DNA of 64,000 nucleotides from a virus (lineage: Duplodnaviria > Caudoviricetes), in the IMG/VR virus record IMGVR_UViG_3300046003_005733, positions 5,668 through 69,667 of that record. One strand, written 5' to 3'. The notes below the pieces were generated by a model that saw only the letters and a list, made by a program, of their open reading frames with translations, did not search any database and was not told where the DNA came from. Shown here piece after piece: positions 35,848-44,366 of this stretch. The translations under genes were made by a program, and so were the position numbers. Each line of letters opens with the position of its first letter. Position 1 is the first letter of the stretch.

Positions 35848-36204
35848 ATTAATTAAATGTACGAATAGTTTTCTAATAGGCATGTATCTTGCATTTGTAA
35901 TTATGATGGGTATTACCGGATGGGTAATAACTAAGGAATTTGTATCTAAAACTAGCCTTAAAACAAATATAGTGTATATTGATGGGGTAGTGTACGAAGT
36001 TAAAGAGAAGCGAAATTAAAGGAAGATTAGTGTTAATAATTGTGCTCGTACTATCTATTATATCCATGTCATATGTTTTTATTAAACAATCTATTATTAA
36101 TAAAAGAATTTTAGCTAAATATAAAAAAAGGATAAAAGATTTAGAAAAAGAACTATCAGATCTGAAGTATAAATAAATCAAGTTTACTTTCTAAGGAGAG
36201 TAGT

Positions 36205-36486
36205 ATGGGACGAAAAAGAAAGCCTAATTTAGAAATTGAATATGAACTTGAAAGAGAGATAGAAGATTTAAAAAAACAAATAGATAAACTAAAAAAGTTG
36301 TTGCAAGATAAAAATAAAGATGTTAAGGTGTTTAAAGTAGAGAAATCTGTTGAAAAGATTAAAAAATATACGTGTAATGAATGTCCTAAATGTGGAGCCG
36401 AAGTTTCTATAACTGAACTACCCATGGGATTTTTAGAATTATGTAAATCTGCTTGTGGATTTAGAGCAGTTAAAAAGAAGGGATAG
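36205..36486 (+). CDS. Coiled-coil + Zn ribbon protein
   Basis: CPKCG...CKSACG. Confidence 0.65.
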   Translation: MGRKRKPNLEIEYELEREIEDLKKQIDKLKKLLQDKNKDVKVFKVEKSVEKIKKYTCNECPKCGAEVSITELPMGFLELCKSACGFRAVKKKG

Positions 36487-36509
36487 ATATTTTTAAAAAA
36501 ACTAAGTTC

Positions 36510-36665
36510 ATGTGTTTAAAATGTTCAGATTTAGTTTACTCATCGTATCCCGGACAATTTGTAAGTTGTAGTTGTGGAAAGCTTTCTGTTGATGAGACAG
36601 AGCATTATATTAGAATTTTGGCAAATAACGAAGATTATATAGAGGTAAACGATGAATGTAGTTAG
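36510..36665 (+). CDS. Small Zn-ribbon protein
   Basis: Not in track; MCLKCSDLVYS...FVSCSCGKLSVD...YIRI. Confidence 0.6.
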   Translation: MCLKCSDLVYSSYPGQFVSCSCGKLSVDETEHYIRILANNEDYIEVNDECS

Positions 36666-37098
36666 AACAATGAAAGTAACTTTAGATCAAGTAGTAAATA
36701 GTGATTCGCTAAATGCTGCAGCTAGGCATTGGGTAGTTCCTAAGAAAGCAACTATCCTGTCTCATAGTTCAGGTACATTGATTGAAGCTGATGATGGACA
36801 GTTATATTTAGCGACAGTGGGTGATTGGTTTAGAAGCCCATTCGTTTCTAAAAGTTTTCCACAAGTTGATCAATTCAATCAACTGCAAGACTACGGACTA
36901 ACTGAGATTAAAGATAAACTTGTTAGACATAGTGAGAAGAAGATTGAATTAAAGGTCGAAGAAAAAATTAGACCAAGACTTGAAGTAAAGAAACTGGAGA
37001 AACTGGATGGACAAACGATTCCAAGCAAAAATAATGTCAGCGTTGAGAAAGTTAACAAAGCAGTGGAGTCCGATATTAAAAGCGAAAAAAAAGACTAA
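36652..37098 (+). CDS. Hypothetical protein
   Basis: GAGG RBS; ORF track. Confidence 0.65.
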   Translation: MNVVRTMKVTLDQVVNSDSLNAAARHWVVPKKATILSHSSGTLIEADDGQLYLATVGDWFRSPFVSKSFPQVDQFNQLQDYGLTEIKDKLVRHSEKKIELKVEEKIRPRLEVKKLEKLDGQTIPSKNNVSVEKVNKAVESDIKSEKKD

Positions 37099-37399
37099 GA
37101 TAGGTCCAGAACTGCACCAGTGTCCCTTGTGTGAGCAAATAATCTATACTGGTAAAAGATCTATAGAGTATATCCAAATTGAGCATCCTTCTGCAATTGC
37201 TGGTAAAATGGATGTTGACCATATCGATCCAGTTGTACCAGTAGAGGATTCTGGGAAAGATAAGGATTGGAATAAAGTTATAAGTAGGCTATTCTGTGAT
37301 GAGGATAATGTTCAGTCTATATGCTGGCTATGTCATAAATCTAAAAGTCTATCCGAAAGCGGTGATAGGGCTTTAGCAAGAAGAGAGAATAAGAAATGA
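37007..37399 (+). CDS. HNH endonuclease
   Basis: CPLC...VDHIDP...NVQSICWLCHKSKS. Confidence 0.85.
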   Translation: MDKRFQAKIMSALRKLTKQWSPILKAKKKTKIGPELHQCPLCEQIIYTGKRSIEYIQIEHPSAIAGKMDVDHIDPVVPVEDSGKDKDWNKVISRLFCDEDNVQSICWLCHKSKSLSESGDRALARRENKK

Positions 37400-37539
37400 A
37401 TACTGCTTCTGACATTAAATTGTTGATGATTTTACTAGAATCTAATTGTTTATCTGTAGAAGAAGCTATGGAGATCCTCCATATTCGTGAATTAGAGCTA
37501 GAATTAAAAAAAACATCCCTTGGAAAAGAGTTATTTTAA
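37396..37539 (+). CDS. 47-aa protein with C-terminal tag (KKTSLGKELF*)
   Basis: Not in track; MNTASDIKLLMILLES...ELKKTSLGKELF*; overlaps both neighbours. Confidence 0.7.
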   Translation: MNTASDIKLLMILLESNCLSVEEAMEILHIRELELELKKTSLGKELF

Positions 37540-37844
37540 TGGAAAAGTTGGTAAGAGATAGAATTGTAGAATTTGTATTTAAGGAAAGAGGGGATACTTT
37601 AGTCACTAGAATAGCTTCCGAAGATGAAGTACTTTTATTGTTAAAGAATAAATTAGTAGAAGAAGCTAATGAGGTTTTAAATGCTACCAGTAATGAAAAT
37701 CTGATAGAAGAGTTAGCTGATGTTTTAGAAGTTTTAAAAGCTTTAATAGTTAAGCAAAATATTGTAGAAGAAGTATTTAAAAAAAGAGAAGATAAGTGCT
37801 TGGAAAGAGGCGGTTTTGATAATGGAGTTATTTTAATAAAATAA
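37539..37844 (+). CDS. MazG-like / phosphoribosyl-ATP pyrophosphohydrolase family NTP pyrophosphatase
   Basis: KLVRDRI, KLVEEANE, EELADVLE, RGGF. Confidence 0.88.
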   Translation: MEKLVRDRIVEFVFKERGDTLVTRIASEDEVLLLLKNKLVEEANEVLNATSNENLIEELADVLEVLKALIVKQNIVEEVFKKREDKCLERGGFDNGVILIK

Positions 37845-37919
37845 TCCTTGTTATTTGTTTACTAATTTAGTATATTTTATTTACAAACGATTTTGTTTGT
37901 TTCATTTTACGGAGTATTC

Positions 37920-38684
37920 ATGCTTAAACTTTTACTAAGTCTAACCCTATTATCAACTATAGCGCATGCTAAAAATATTGAGCTAAACGAAAAGAATTGT
38001 GTAGTATTTAATAAAGCAGTTTCTGATGGATATATTGCTAAGAAAACTGTAGAAATTATTCAAAAATCATTTACTGAAAATGAACTGTATCTAGTTATGG
38101 ATACTCCGGGCGGTTCTGTAACTGCTGGATTACAATTTATTGATATCATTAAAGCTCTTAATATTAAAATACACACAGTTACTGTTTTTGCAGCATCTAT
38201 GGGGTATCAGATTGTTCAAGAACTTGGCACAAGGTATATTACACCATCTGGAACTCTTATGAGTCATAGAGGATCTGTTTCAGGTATCTCCGGTCAAGTT
38301 CCCGGAGAGTTAAACTCAAGACTTACTCATATTCAAGCACTGCTATCTAGGATGTCATCCGCATCATCAAAAAGGTCTGGAATGACGAAATCCGCTTATG
38401 ATGCAGCCATCATTAATGAACTGTGGTTGTTTGGAGATAATGCTGTAAAAGCTGGCCATGCTGATGAGGTTGCTAATGTTACATGTAGTAAGAAGCTATT
38501 TAGACAGACATACTCTGAATCAATTACAAGTATATTTGGAAATGCTACTGTTAAATACTCCAAGTGTCCTTTAATTTCAGCACCTTTAAGTATCGATTTT
38601 GAAAAAAATGTAAAACGTGAAAACATGTCTAAAATTAAAAAGCAACTAGAATCTATGAGTAGAAAAATGAACTTAACATTTTAA
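37920..38684 (+). CDS. ClpP-like serine protease with N-terminal signal peptide
   Basis: MLKLLLSLTLLSTIAHA-K; DTPGGSV, AASMG, LMSH. Confidence 0.8.
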   Translation: MLKLLLSLTLLSTIAHAKNIELNEKNCVVFNKAVSDGYIAKKTVEIIQKSFTENELYLVMDTPGGSVTAGLQFIDIIKALNIKIHTVTVFAASMGYQIVQELGTRYITPSGTLMSHRGSVSGISGQVPGELNSRLTHIQALLSRMSSASSKRSGMTKSAYDAAIINELWLFGDNAVKAGHADEVANVTCSKKLFRQTYSESITSIFGNATVKYSKCPLISAPLSIDFEKNVKRENMSKIKKQLESMSRKMNLTF

Positions 38685-38691
38685 GGGTTAT

Positions 38692-39078
38692 ATGGGAAAA
38701 TCAATAGAAGAGTTACTTAAACTCATAGAAGAAAAGCCTAAGTCAGGAAAGAAGCCAAGACAAGATAGTAGAGATGTTCTTGATTTTATTAATGATCTTA
38801 GAATTGAATCTGGTGTTGAAGCTGTACCCAACTATTTGATTTTCTTTATTTATAGATCTATCTGGAAACCTGACCAGTCTAAAAAGAAAGCTAAGAAAAT
38901 AACTTTCTTTCAGACTTTTGGAAAGCACTTTCCAGATTACAGAAAGAATAGTCAGCGATACTATATGTTAAAAGAGGGGATATTTAATGTTAATGAGGAT
39001 ATGCTAAAGGCTGCTAAACAATATGATAAACAACACTGGCAAAGTAAAAAAGCACAAAAAAAGTTTCCAGTACCTTAA
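38692..39078 (+). CDS. Basic hypothetical protein
   Basis: ORF track. Confidence 0.65.
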   Translation: MGKSIEELLKLIEEKPKSGKKPRQDSRDVLDFINDLRIESGVEAVPNYLIFFIYRSIWKPDQSKKKAKKITFFQTFGKHFPDYRKNSQRYYMLKEGIFNVNEDMLKAAKQYDKQHWQSKKAQKKFPVP

Positions 39079-39577
39079 TAAAAAAGGTTCTAGGGCGCAA
39101 AGGCAAGAATTTATTGAAACTCCGTATCTTTCTGGAATTATAAATGAAAGTGGCGAGAAGGTAATGAGATCTTTAGATGATTCTGAAAAAGAGTGGCTAA
39201 ATAACTTTTATAAAGAATATGTGCATGGAACTTTTAACACTGATCAAGAGTCTACTCGATTGTTTAAAAAAGCCAAGAAGCTATCTAAGAAAAAAGAACA
39301 TGTCAAGTTCTTTGAGCAGAATGGATTTTACCCAACTGAGGTTACTGCCGCTGTTGAAGAGTTTAATAAGAAAAGTAAATCCCTTGGTAACTTAGCTTAC
39401 AATTTTTGGGACCAAAGAGAGATCAACTCAGACGACTATAAGAGACGATATGATATTCAAAATAATTCTGCTAAAGGATTACAACTTGAATCTTTTGAAG
39501 ATGTGCAATATAGTGCTAATGTAGAAGAACTAGATAATACTACTATTGAGGATTTAATAACAGAAAGCGAGAAGTAA
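39023..39577 (+). CDS. Hypothetical protein
   Basis: EKEWLNNFYKEY motif; ORF track. Confidence 0.65.
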   Translation: MINNTGKVKKHKKSFQYLNKKGSRAQRQEFIETPYLSGIINESGEKVMRSLDDSEKEWLNNFYKEYVHGTFNTDQESTRLFKKAKKLSKKKEHVKFFEQNGFYPTEVTAAVEEFNKKSKSLGNLAYNFWDQREINSDDYKRRYDIQNNSAKGLQLESFEDVQYSANVEELDNTTIEDLITESEK

Positions 39578-39768
39578 TGACAAATAGGATTGAGATTAAA
39601 AAAGATGAAGATTCTGGAGAGCATTATATTGACGTTTATGATTTAGCTGACTTGTTTGAAGATGTAGACTTAGTTGAATCTTATAAGCTTGAATGGAAAG
39701 ATGATGGCTCTTTTTCAATGGAATTTTTTGATAAAGATGATAACAGAGTATTTCCAAAGAAAGCATAA
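39577..39768 (+). CDS. Small acidic protein, AbrB-like pattern
   Basis: IKKDEDSGEHYID...LEWKDDGSF. Confidence 0.55.
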   Translation: MTNRIEIKKDEDSGEHYIDVYDLADLFEDVDLVESYKLEWKDDGSFSMEFFDKDDNRVFPKKA

Positions 39769-40694
39769 TGAAAACCCCAGAGCAAATTAAAAAAGAATTA
39801 GATGAGTACGTGATTGGTCATGAAAAGACTAAAAGATCTTTATCAGTTGCTGCATATAATCATTTTAAAAGAATGAATGGTAGTACAATAAAAAAATCTA
39901 ACGTGCTTCTAATTGGACCTACTGGATGTGGTAAAACATATCTAGTTTCTATCTTATCTAGAATTCTTGGAGTGAGTTTCTTGACAAGTGACGCAACTCA
40001 GTTTACCTCTTCTGGATATCAAGGTAGGAGTGTAGAAGAACTTATTACCGATCTACTAGGCATTTGTGAGGGAGATGAAAAGAAAGCTTCTAAATCAATT
40101 ATCTACATTGATGAAATCGATAAAATTAAAAAGAAGACTAGTCAAGATGGAGGGGCTGATGTTAATGGACTTGGCGTACAGCAATCTCTTTTAAAATTAT
40201 TAGAAGGTAGTGAAGTTCCGTATATTTCTAGACATTCTCAAAATGGGGAGTACGATAAGAAAATGAACACTAAGGATATTATGTTTATATGCTCTGGAGC
40301 TTTTGTAGGTCTAGAATCTGCTTCAGTTCCTGCTCTTATGGATTTTGGAATGATCCCAGAATTCTTGGGAAGGTTTCCAGTTATCACACAGCTTCAGGAG
40401 CTTAAATTTGATGATTATAGGAAGATCCTACGTGACTCTAAGGGGTCTATCTTGAACTCGTTTAAAGAGTGGTTTTTGAGCGAAGGTATTGAGCTTGTGG
40501 TAGAGGATAGTGCTATAAATATGATTGCACAAAAAGCTATTGAAAAAGGCTTAGGAGCAAGAGGCTTGCACAGTGTACTAGATGAGGCATTACTAAATGC
40601 CCAATTTGAAGCCCCTAGTTTGACAATAAAACCAAAGCAGTTTATATTGAATTCCGGTGTTGTTCTTAATGGCAAACCTAAGTGGGTTTTATGA
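39768..40694 (+). CDS. clpX: ClpX-like AAA+ unfoldase lacking ZBD and IGF loop
   Basis: LDEYVIG, LSVAAYNHFKR, KSNVLLIGPTGCGKT, IYIDEIDKI, GVQQSLLKLLEG, IPEFLGRFP, LGARGL. Confidence 0.92.
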   Translation: MKTPEQIKKELDEYVIGHEKTKRSLSVAAYNHFKRMNGSTIKKSNVLLIGPTGCGKTYLVSILSRILGVSFLTSDATQFTSSGYQGRSVEELITDLLGICEGDEKKASKSIIYIDEIDKIKKKTSQDGGADVNGLGVQQSLLKLLEGSEVPYISRHSQNGEYDKKMNTKDIMFICSGAFVGLESASVPALMDFGMIPEFLGRFPVITQLQELKFDDYRKILRDSKGSILNSFKEWFLSEGIELVVEDSAINMIAQKAIEKGLGARGLHSVLDEALLNAQFEAPSLTIKPKQFILNSGVVLNGKPKWVL

Positions 40695-41245
40695 ATAATG
40701 ATAACTTGCCTCCAATTTATGTCTATGTCTGGGACTACTTTTTATTTGACTGCGATAGCTCAAAAGAAGGTAAGACTGGTGGTCATTTAGTTTCTGTAAG
40801 AGCAAGATCAAATCAAGCCCTCCAGTTTACTGTCCTATTAGACAATGGTGCGCTTTTTACCGGGCTTCCTGCCCACGCCATTACGTTTAGAGAAGATCTT
40901 TTTAATGGTAAGCTACAGCTCTCTGATGCTCAGATGTGGGACTGCATTAGTGACGATATTAATGTGTTTTGCATGGAAAGTCTGAGATATGCCGAATGTG
41001 TAGTAATGCCTAATATGATTGAATCAAAAGCAGGTATTTACCTATTTACAGTAGATTTTGTTGGTGAAGGGTATTCTAGACATCCCACTCATTGGAAGCA
41101 GCTGCATGCGGTGCAAACCAGAGATGGATATTTTATGCTTTATCCACAGTACAAGATTAGATTTATAGATAGTGCTTTATTTGAAGATACAAGTGCGCCT
41201 CCCAAATATAAGGCAAACACAAAACATTGGATCGTTGGATCATGA
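40682..41245 (+). CDS. Conserved phage protein
   Basis: NLPPIY...GALFTGLPAHA...QMWDC...YLFTVD. Confidence 0.7.
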   Translation: MGFMNNDNLPPIYVYVWDYFLFDCDSSKEGKTGGHLVSVRARSNQALQFTVLLDNGALFTGLPAHAITFREDLFNGKLQLSDAQMWDCISDDINVFCMESLRYAECVVMPNMIESKAGIYLFTVDFVGEGYSRHPTHWKQLHAVQTRDGYFMLYPQYKIRFIDSALFEDTSAPPKYKANTKHWIVGS

Positions 41246-41362
41246 AAGATATGACTTGGGGAACCTTTATAGCTTGTATGTTCTGCGCCTTTATGATAGG
41301 ATTTTTAGCGTGTCACAAACTATACAGTGGCTTGAATAGATTTTATCCAGATGAGGTCATAA

Positions 41363-41767
41363 ATGATATCTCTAATCTACGGAGGAATAACCCATCACTA
41401 CATGGCCCCTAAATTAAATTACTGTAATACAATAAACAATGTTGGAACAATCCACAACGAATATATTATAGCTATGGCTGGAAGTGAGGAGGCTAAGATA
41501 GGTATTCTTAAGGGTAAAGATTCAGCCTGCGGAAATGTTGTTGGACCAATATCCAGCTTTAAGCTATCAGAGTATACAGATTTTATGTTGGGTGGATATA
41601 ATACTAATTTTAATACTTTTCAAAAGCGAGGAATTGTACCTCCTTCAATTTTCGGATTTACTCCCGTTATCGGATTAAACTTTAAAATACCTATTACAGA
41701 TACTATTAAAATTAATAACTTAGTATCTTTTGGAATAATAACTCATGCTTTAAGTTTGGAGTTTTAA
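41363..41767 (+). CDS. Beta-rich protein ending in Phe (outer-membrane beta-barrel-like)
   Basis: YGGITHH...GKDS...GGY...PVIGLNF...HALSLEF. Confidence 0.5.
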   Translation: MISLIYGGITHHYMAPKLNYCNTINNVGTIHNEYIIAMAGSEEAKIGILKGKDSACGNVVGPISSFKLSEYTDFMLGGYNTNFNTFQKRGIVPPSIFGFTPVIGLNFKIPITDTIKINNLVSFGIITHALSLEF

Positions 41768-41893
41768 CTATGGATTATGTTAGATTAATTTCAATTGTAG
41801 TAATACTTATAAATTCTTTTAAGCTATTTTTAAGTAATGATCCTGTAGAGTCATCTATAGGTCTTCTACTGATGCCAATATTTGTTGTATATC

Positions 41894-42163
41894 TCAGAGC
41901 AATAGTTTGTAAATTGCGGCAATAAAAGTCACTATAGATGCTATAGCTCCCATTATTCTAAGCGAAGCATCTACTAATGCCACATGCTTTTTAATTGGAA
42001 GAATCTCTTCTTTAACTAATTTTATCTGTTCTTCTGCAAGATCTGTGCGGTAGATATGATGTTCTAAATCTTTAGCTTGTTTAGCAAGAGTTATATCAAT
42101 ATTAGATATTTTATCTTCAATACGATCTAGTTTTTCGTCCATTTTATCTAAGTGATCTTGCAT
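41894..42163 (-). CDS. Holin/XhlA-like coiled-coil + C-terminal TM protein
   Basis: LDRIEDKISNIDITL...; C-terminal hydrophobic helix. Confidence 0.6.
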   Translation of the reverse strand: MQDHLDKMDEKLDRIEDKISNIDITLAKQAKDLEHHIYRTDLAEEQIKLVKEEILPIKKHVALVDASLRIMGAIASIVTFIAAIYKLLL

Positions 42164-42166
42164 AAA

Positions 42167-44365
42167 CTATCCTTTATTCTTAATATTCCTAATAAGTTCT
42201 CTAAAAGCTGGTTGTTGATTTAACCCAAATAGCGTAGCTTGCTTTTGTGATTCTGGAGCATCTATTATCTTAGATAAAACATTGCCATATTCTTGAGAAA
42301 CTTTATCTTGACCGGATTGTAGCGTATTCAAAATATTCTGTAACTCATTAGAATCTGTAGTGTCCAGCTTCTCTACGTAGTTTGGTTTAAGTTTTTTTGC
42401 TTTCTCAGCTTCTAAAACTCTTTCTTTATAAGCTTTAATTTCTGGCTTTTCATAAGCAGATGGCATTTTGTCATAGGCTCCTTGACTAGGAAGACCTTGT
42501 TTAAAACTAGCCAATCTAGCTCTTTGCACTTGCTCTTCGGGATTACGAACACCTTTTTCTAGCCAGTATTCTGGCATTTCTGGATTTGCTCCTGAAGGTT
42601 CTGGACTAAATGCTTCTTCTGCGGCTTGAGCAGCTACTGCTCCAATACCCGCTCCTGCTAATGGTAATGCCTTTAATGCTCCCTTAGTAACTTTACTAAC
42701 TATCTTACTTGTCGTAGGATAATTAGCCGCCATGTCTCCTAATCTAGGAACCAATGTTGCTAATTTATATGCCCCTTCGGGAGTTTTAGCATACTTCATC
42801 CCCTCGTACACGCTAATTGGAAGAAATGACGAAGCTCCTGTAGCAAAGCTTAATCTTAATGCATCAAATGGTCCGAATTTAAATGCCTTTTTTTCATCTA
42901 GTAAATTTGCTTTAATTGCAGCTTGTTTTATCTCATCTACTAAATCAGGATTTTCAACAAGTCTATCTAATGCTATTTTTGCTTCTTTTATAGCAGGATC
43001 TTTTAAATCTGCCTGACTAGGATTTAAAACTTTATTTATTGTTTTTCTATTATTTAAATCTATACTAACTGACTCTGGATCAAATTTACCTATAATTTCA
43101 TCATCAACTACATCACCCATATTTCTTGTTATGAATTTATTTTGCTTTGCTTCTTCTAATTGATTTAGTAATGAACTAACTCTTTTATATTCAATATCAG
43201 ATTTGCTCCCACTTGGGGCCACTAAAGATCTAAGCTCACCTGCATACTCTTTACTTAATTCGCTAGATACTTCAGGAACGCCACCGGCTCCTTTTTTCCA
43301 ACCTAATTCTCTAGAGGCTCTTAAGTAGTCTGCTGCATCTTTTTGTTCAAGACTAGAAACATCTGATAATTTACCTTCTATTTTTCTAACTTGAGGCATA
43401 AATTCTTCAGAAGGATCTTCATATCCATATAAGGATGGGTAGTCTTTTGCTAATTTAGTAGTTTTTGATTTTATAAGATCTTCTCTTACAGAAGGTTCTA
43501 CATTAGATTGGATATAATTTTCATTTTTTAAATCTTGCATTTCATTTTGTATATTAATGATATCTTTACTAATAGATGCCTTGGCTTTATTCTCTTCTGG
43601 AGAATACTGTTCTATTGTTTTATCGAAAGCTTCATTGTATATTGCTTTTAAATCTGGAGCTGCTTCTTTTACAAGTCCAACAGATTTTTTTGGAATAGCC
43701 TTTTCTACAGCATTTTTTGCAGCTTCTTCTGCTTTGGTTTGTGCTATATCACTTGACGATATTAACATTTGTTTTTTTTGTTCTAATAGATTAGTAAGTC
43801 TATTTAAATCAGCGTCTACTTTAGAGGTTATGTTCTCTTGTAGTTTTCCTTTAAATGCTTCACTTTCAGTGGGTACTTTATTTAAAACTTTAGGTAACGC
43901 AGCTTCCATAGCTTGCTTAGATAATTTTTGAGTAACTGGAACATCTAGTGCGGATTCTGCAGCTTGTCTTGCCCTATTAGCCTCTATATTTTTTAGTTTA
44001 AAGTTACTTTCTAATTTAGAATATGCTTCGTCAATAGCTTCTTGAGAAATACCTTTATTAGCTTCTATGTCTGTATAATTTTGTTTATAGTAATCTACTT
44101 GCTCTGGAGTAAGTCCTCCAATTTTCATAGCTATTTTTTCAGGAGCTTCTAATATTGCTTTGCCTGTTTTTTCAATTCCAGTTTGAGCTGCTTTTCCTAT
44201 TCCATATCCTACCATTGGGGTTGTTATTTGTTCTGTAATTGGAGTTAAAGGGATCTCTTCTTGCTGCTCCATTTGAATTGCAGGTTCATTTGCAATATCT
44301 TCTGGATCAAAATCCGATATAAGGGGTGGCTCATTAATAATATCCTCTGGATCAAAATCTGACAT
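42167..44365 (-). CDS. Large helical virion (ejection/internal core) protein
   Basis: 732 aa, helical, acidic N-terminal repeat DFDPEDI, last of the ejection-like cluster. Confidence 0.65.
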   Translation of the reverse strand: MSDFDPEDIINEPPLISDFDPEDIANEPAIQMEQQEEIPLTPITEQITTPMVGYGIGKAAQTGIEKTGKAILEAPEKIAMKIGGLTPEQVDYYKQNYTDIEANKGISQEAIDEAYSKLESNFKLKNIEANRARQAAESALDVPVTQKLSKQAMEAALPKVLNKVPTESEAFKGKLQENITSKVDADLNRLTNLLEQKKQMLISSSDIAQTKAEEAAKNAVEKAIPKKSVGLVKEAAPDLKAIYNEAFDKTIEQYSPEENKAKASISKDIINIQNEMQDLKNENYIQSNVEPSVREDLIKSKTTKLAKDYPSLYGYEDPSEEFMPQVRKIEGKLSDVSSLEQKDAADYLRASRELGWKKGAGGVPEVSSELSKEYAGELRSLVAPSGSKSDIEYKRVSSLLNQLEEAKQNKFITRNMGDVVDDEIIGKFDPESVSIDLNNRKTINKVLNPSQADLKDPAIKEAKIALDRLVENPDLVDEIKQAAIKANLLDEKKAFKFGPFDALRLSFATGASSFLPISVYEGMKYAKTPEGAYKLATLVPRLGDMAANYPTTSKIVSKVTKGALKALPLAGAGIGAVAAQAAEEAFSPEPSGANPEMPEYWLEKGVRNPEEQVQRARLASFKQGLPSQGAYDKMPSAYEKPEIKAYKERVLEAEKAKKLKPNYVEKLDTTDSNELQNILNTLQSGQDKVSQEYGNVLSKIIDAPESQKQATLFGLNQQPAFRELIRNIKNKG

Positions 44366-44366
44366 A

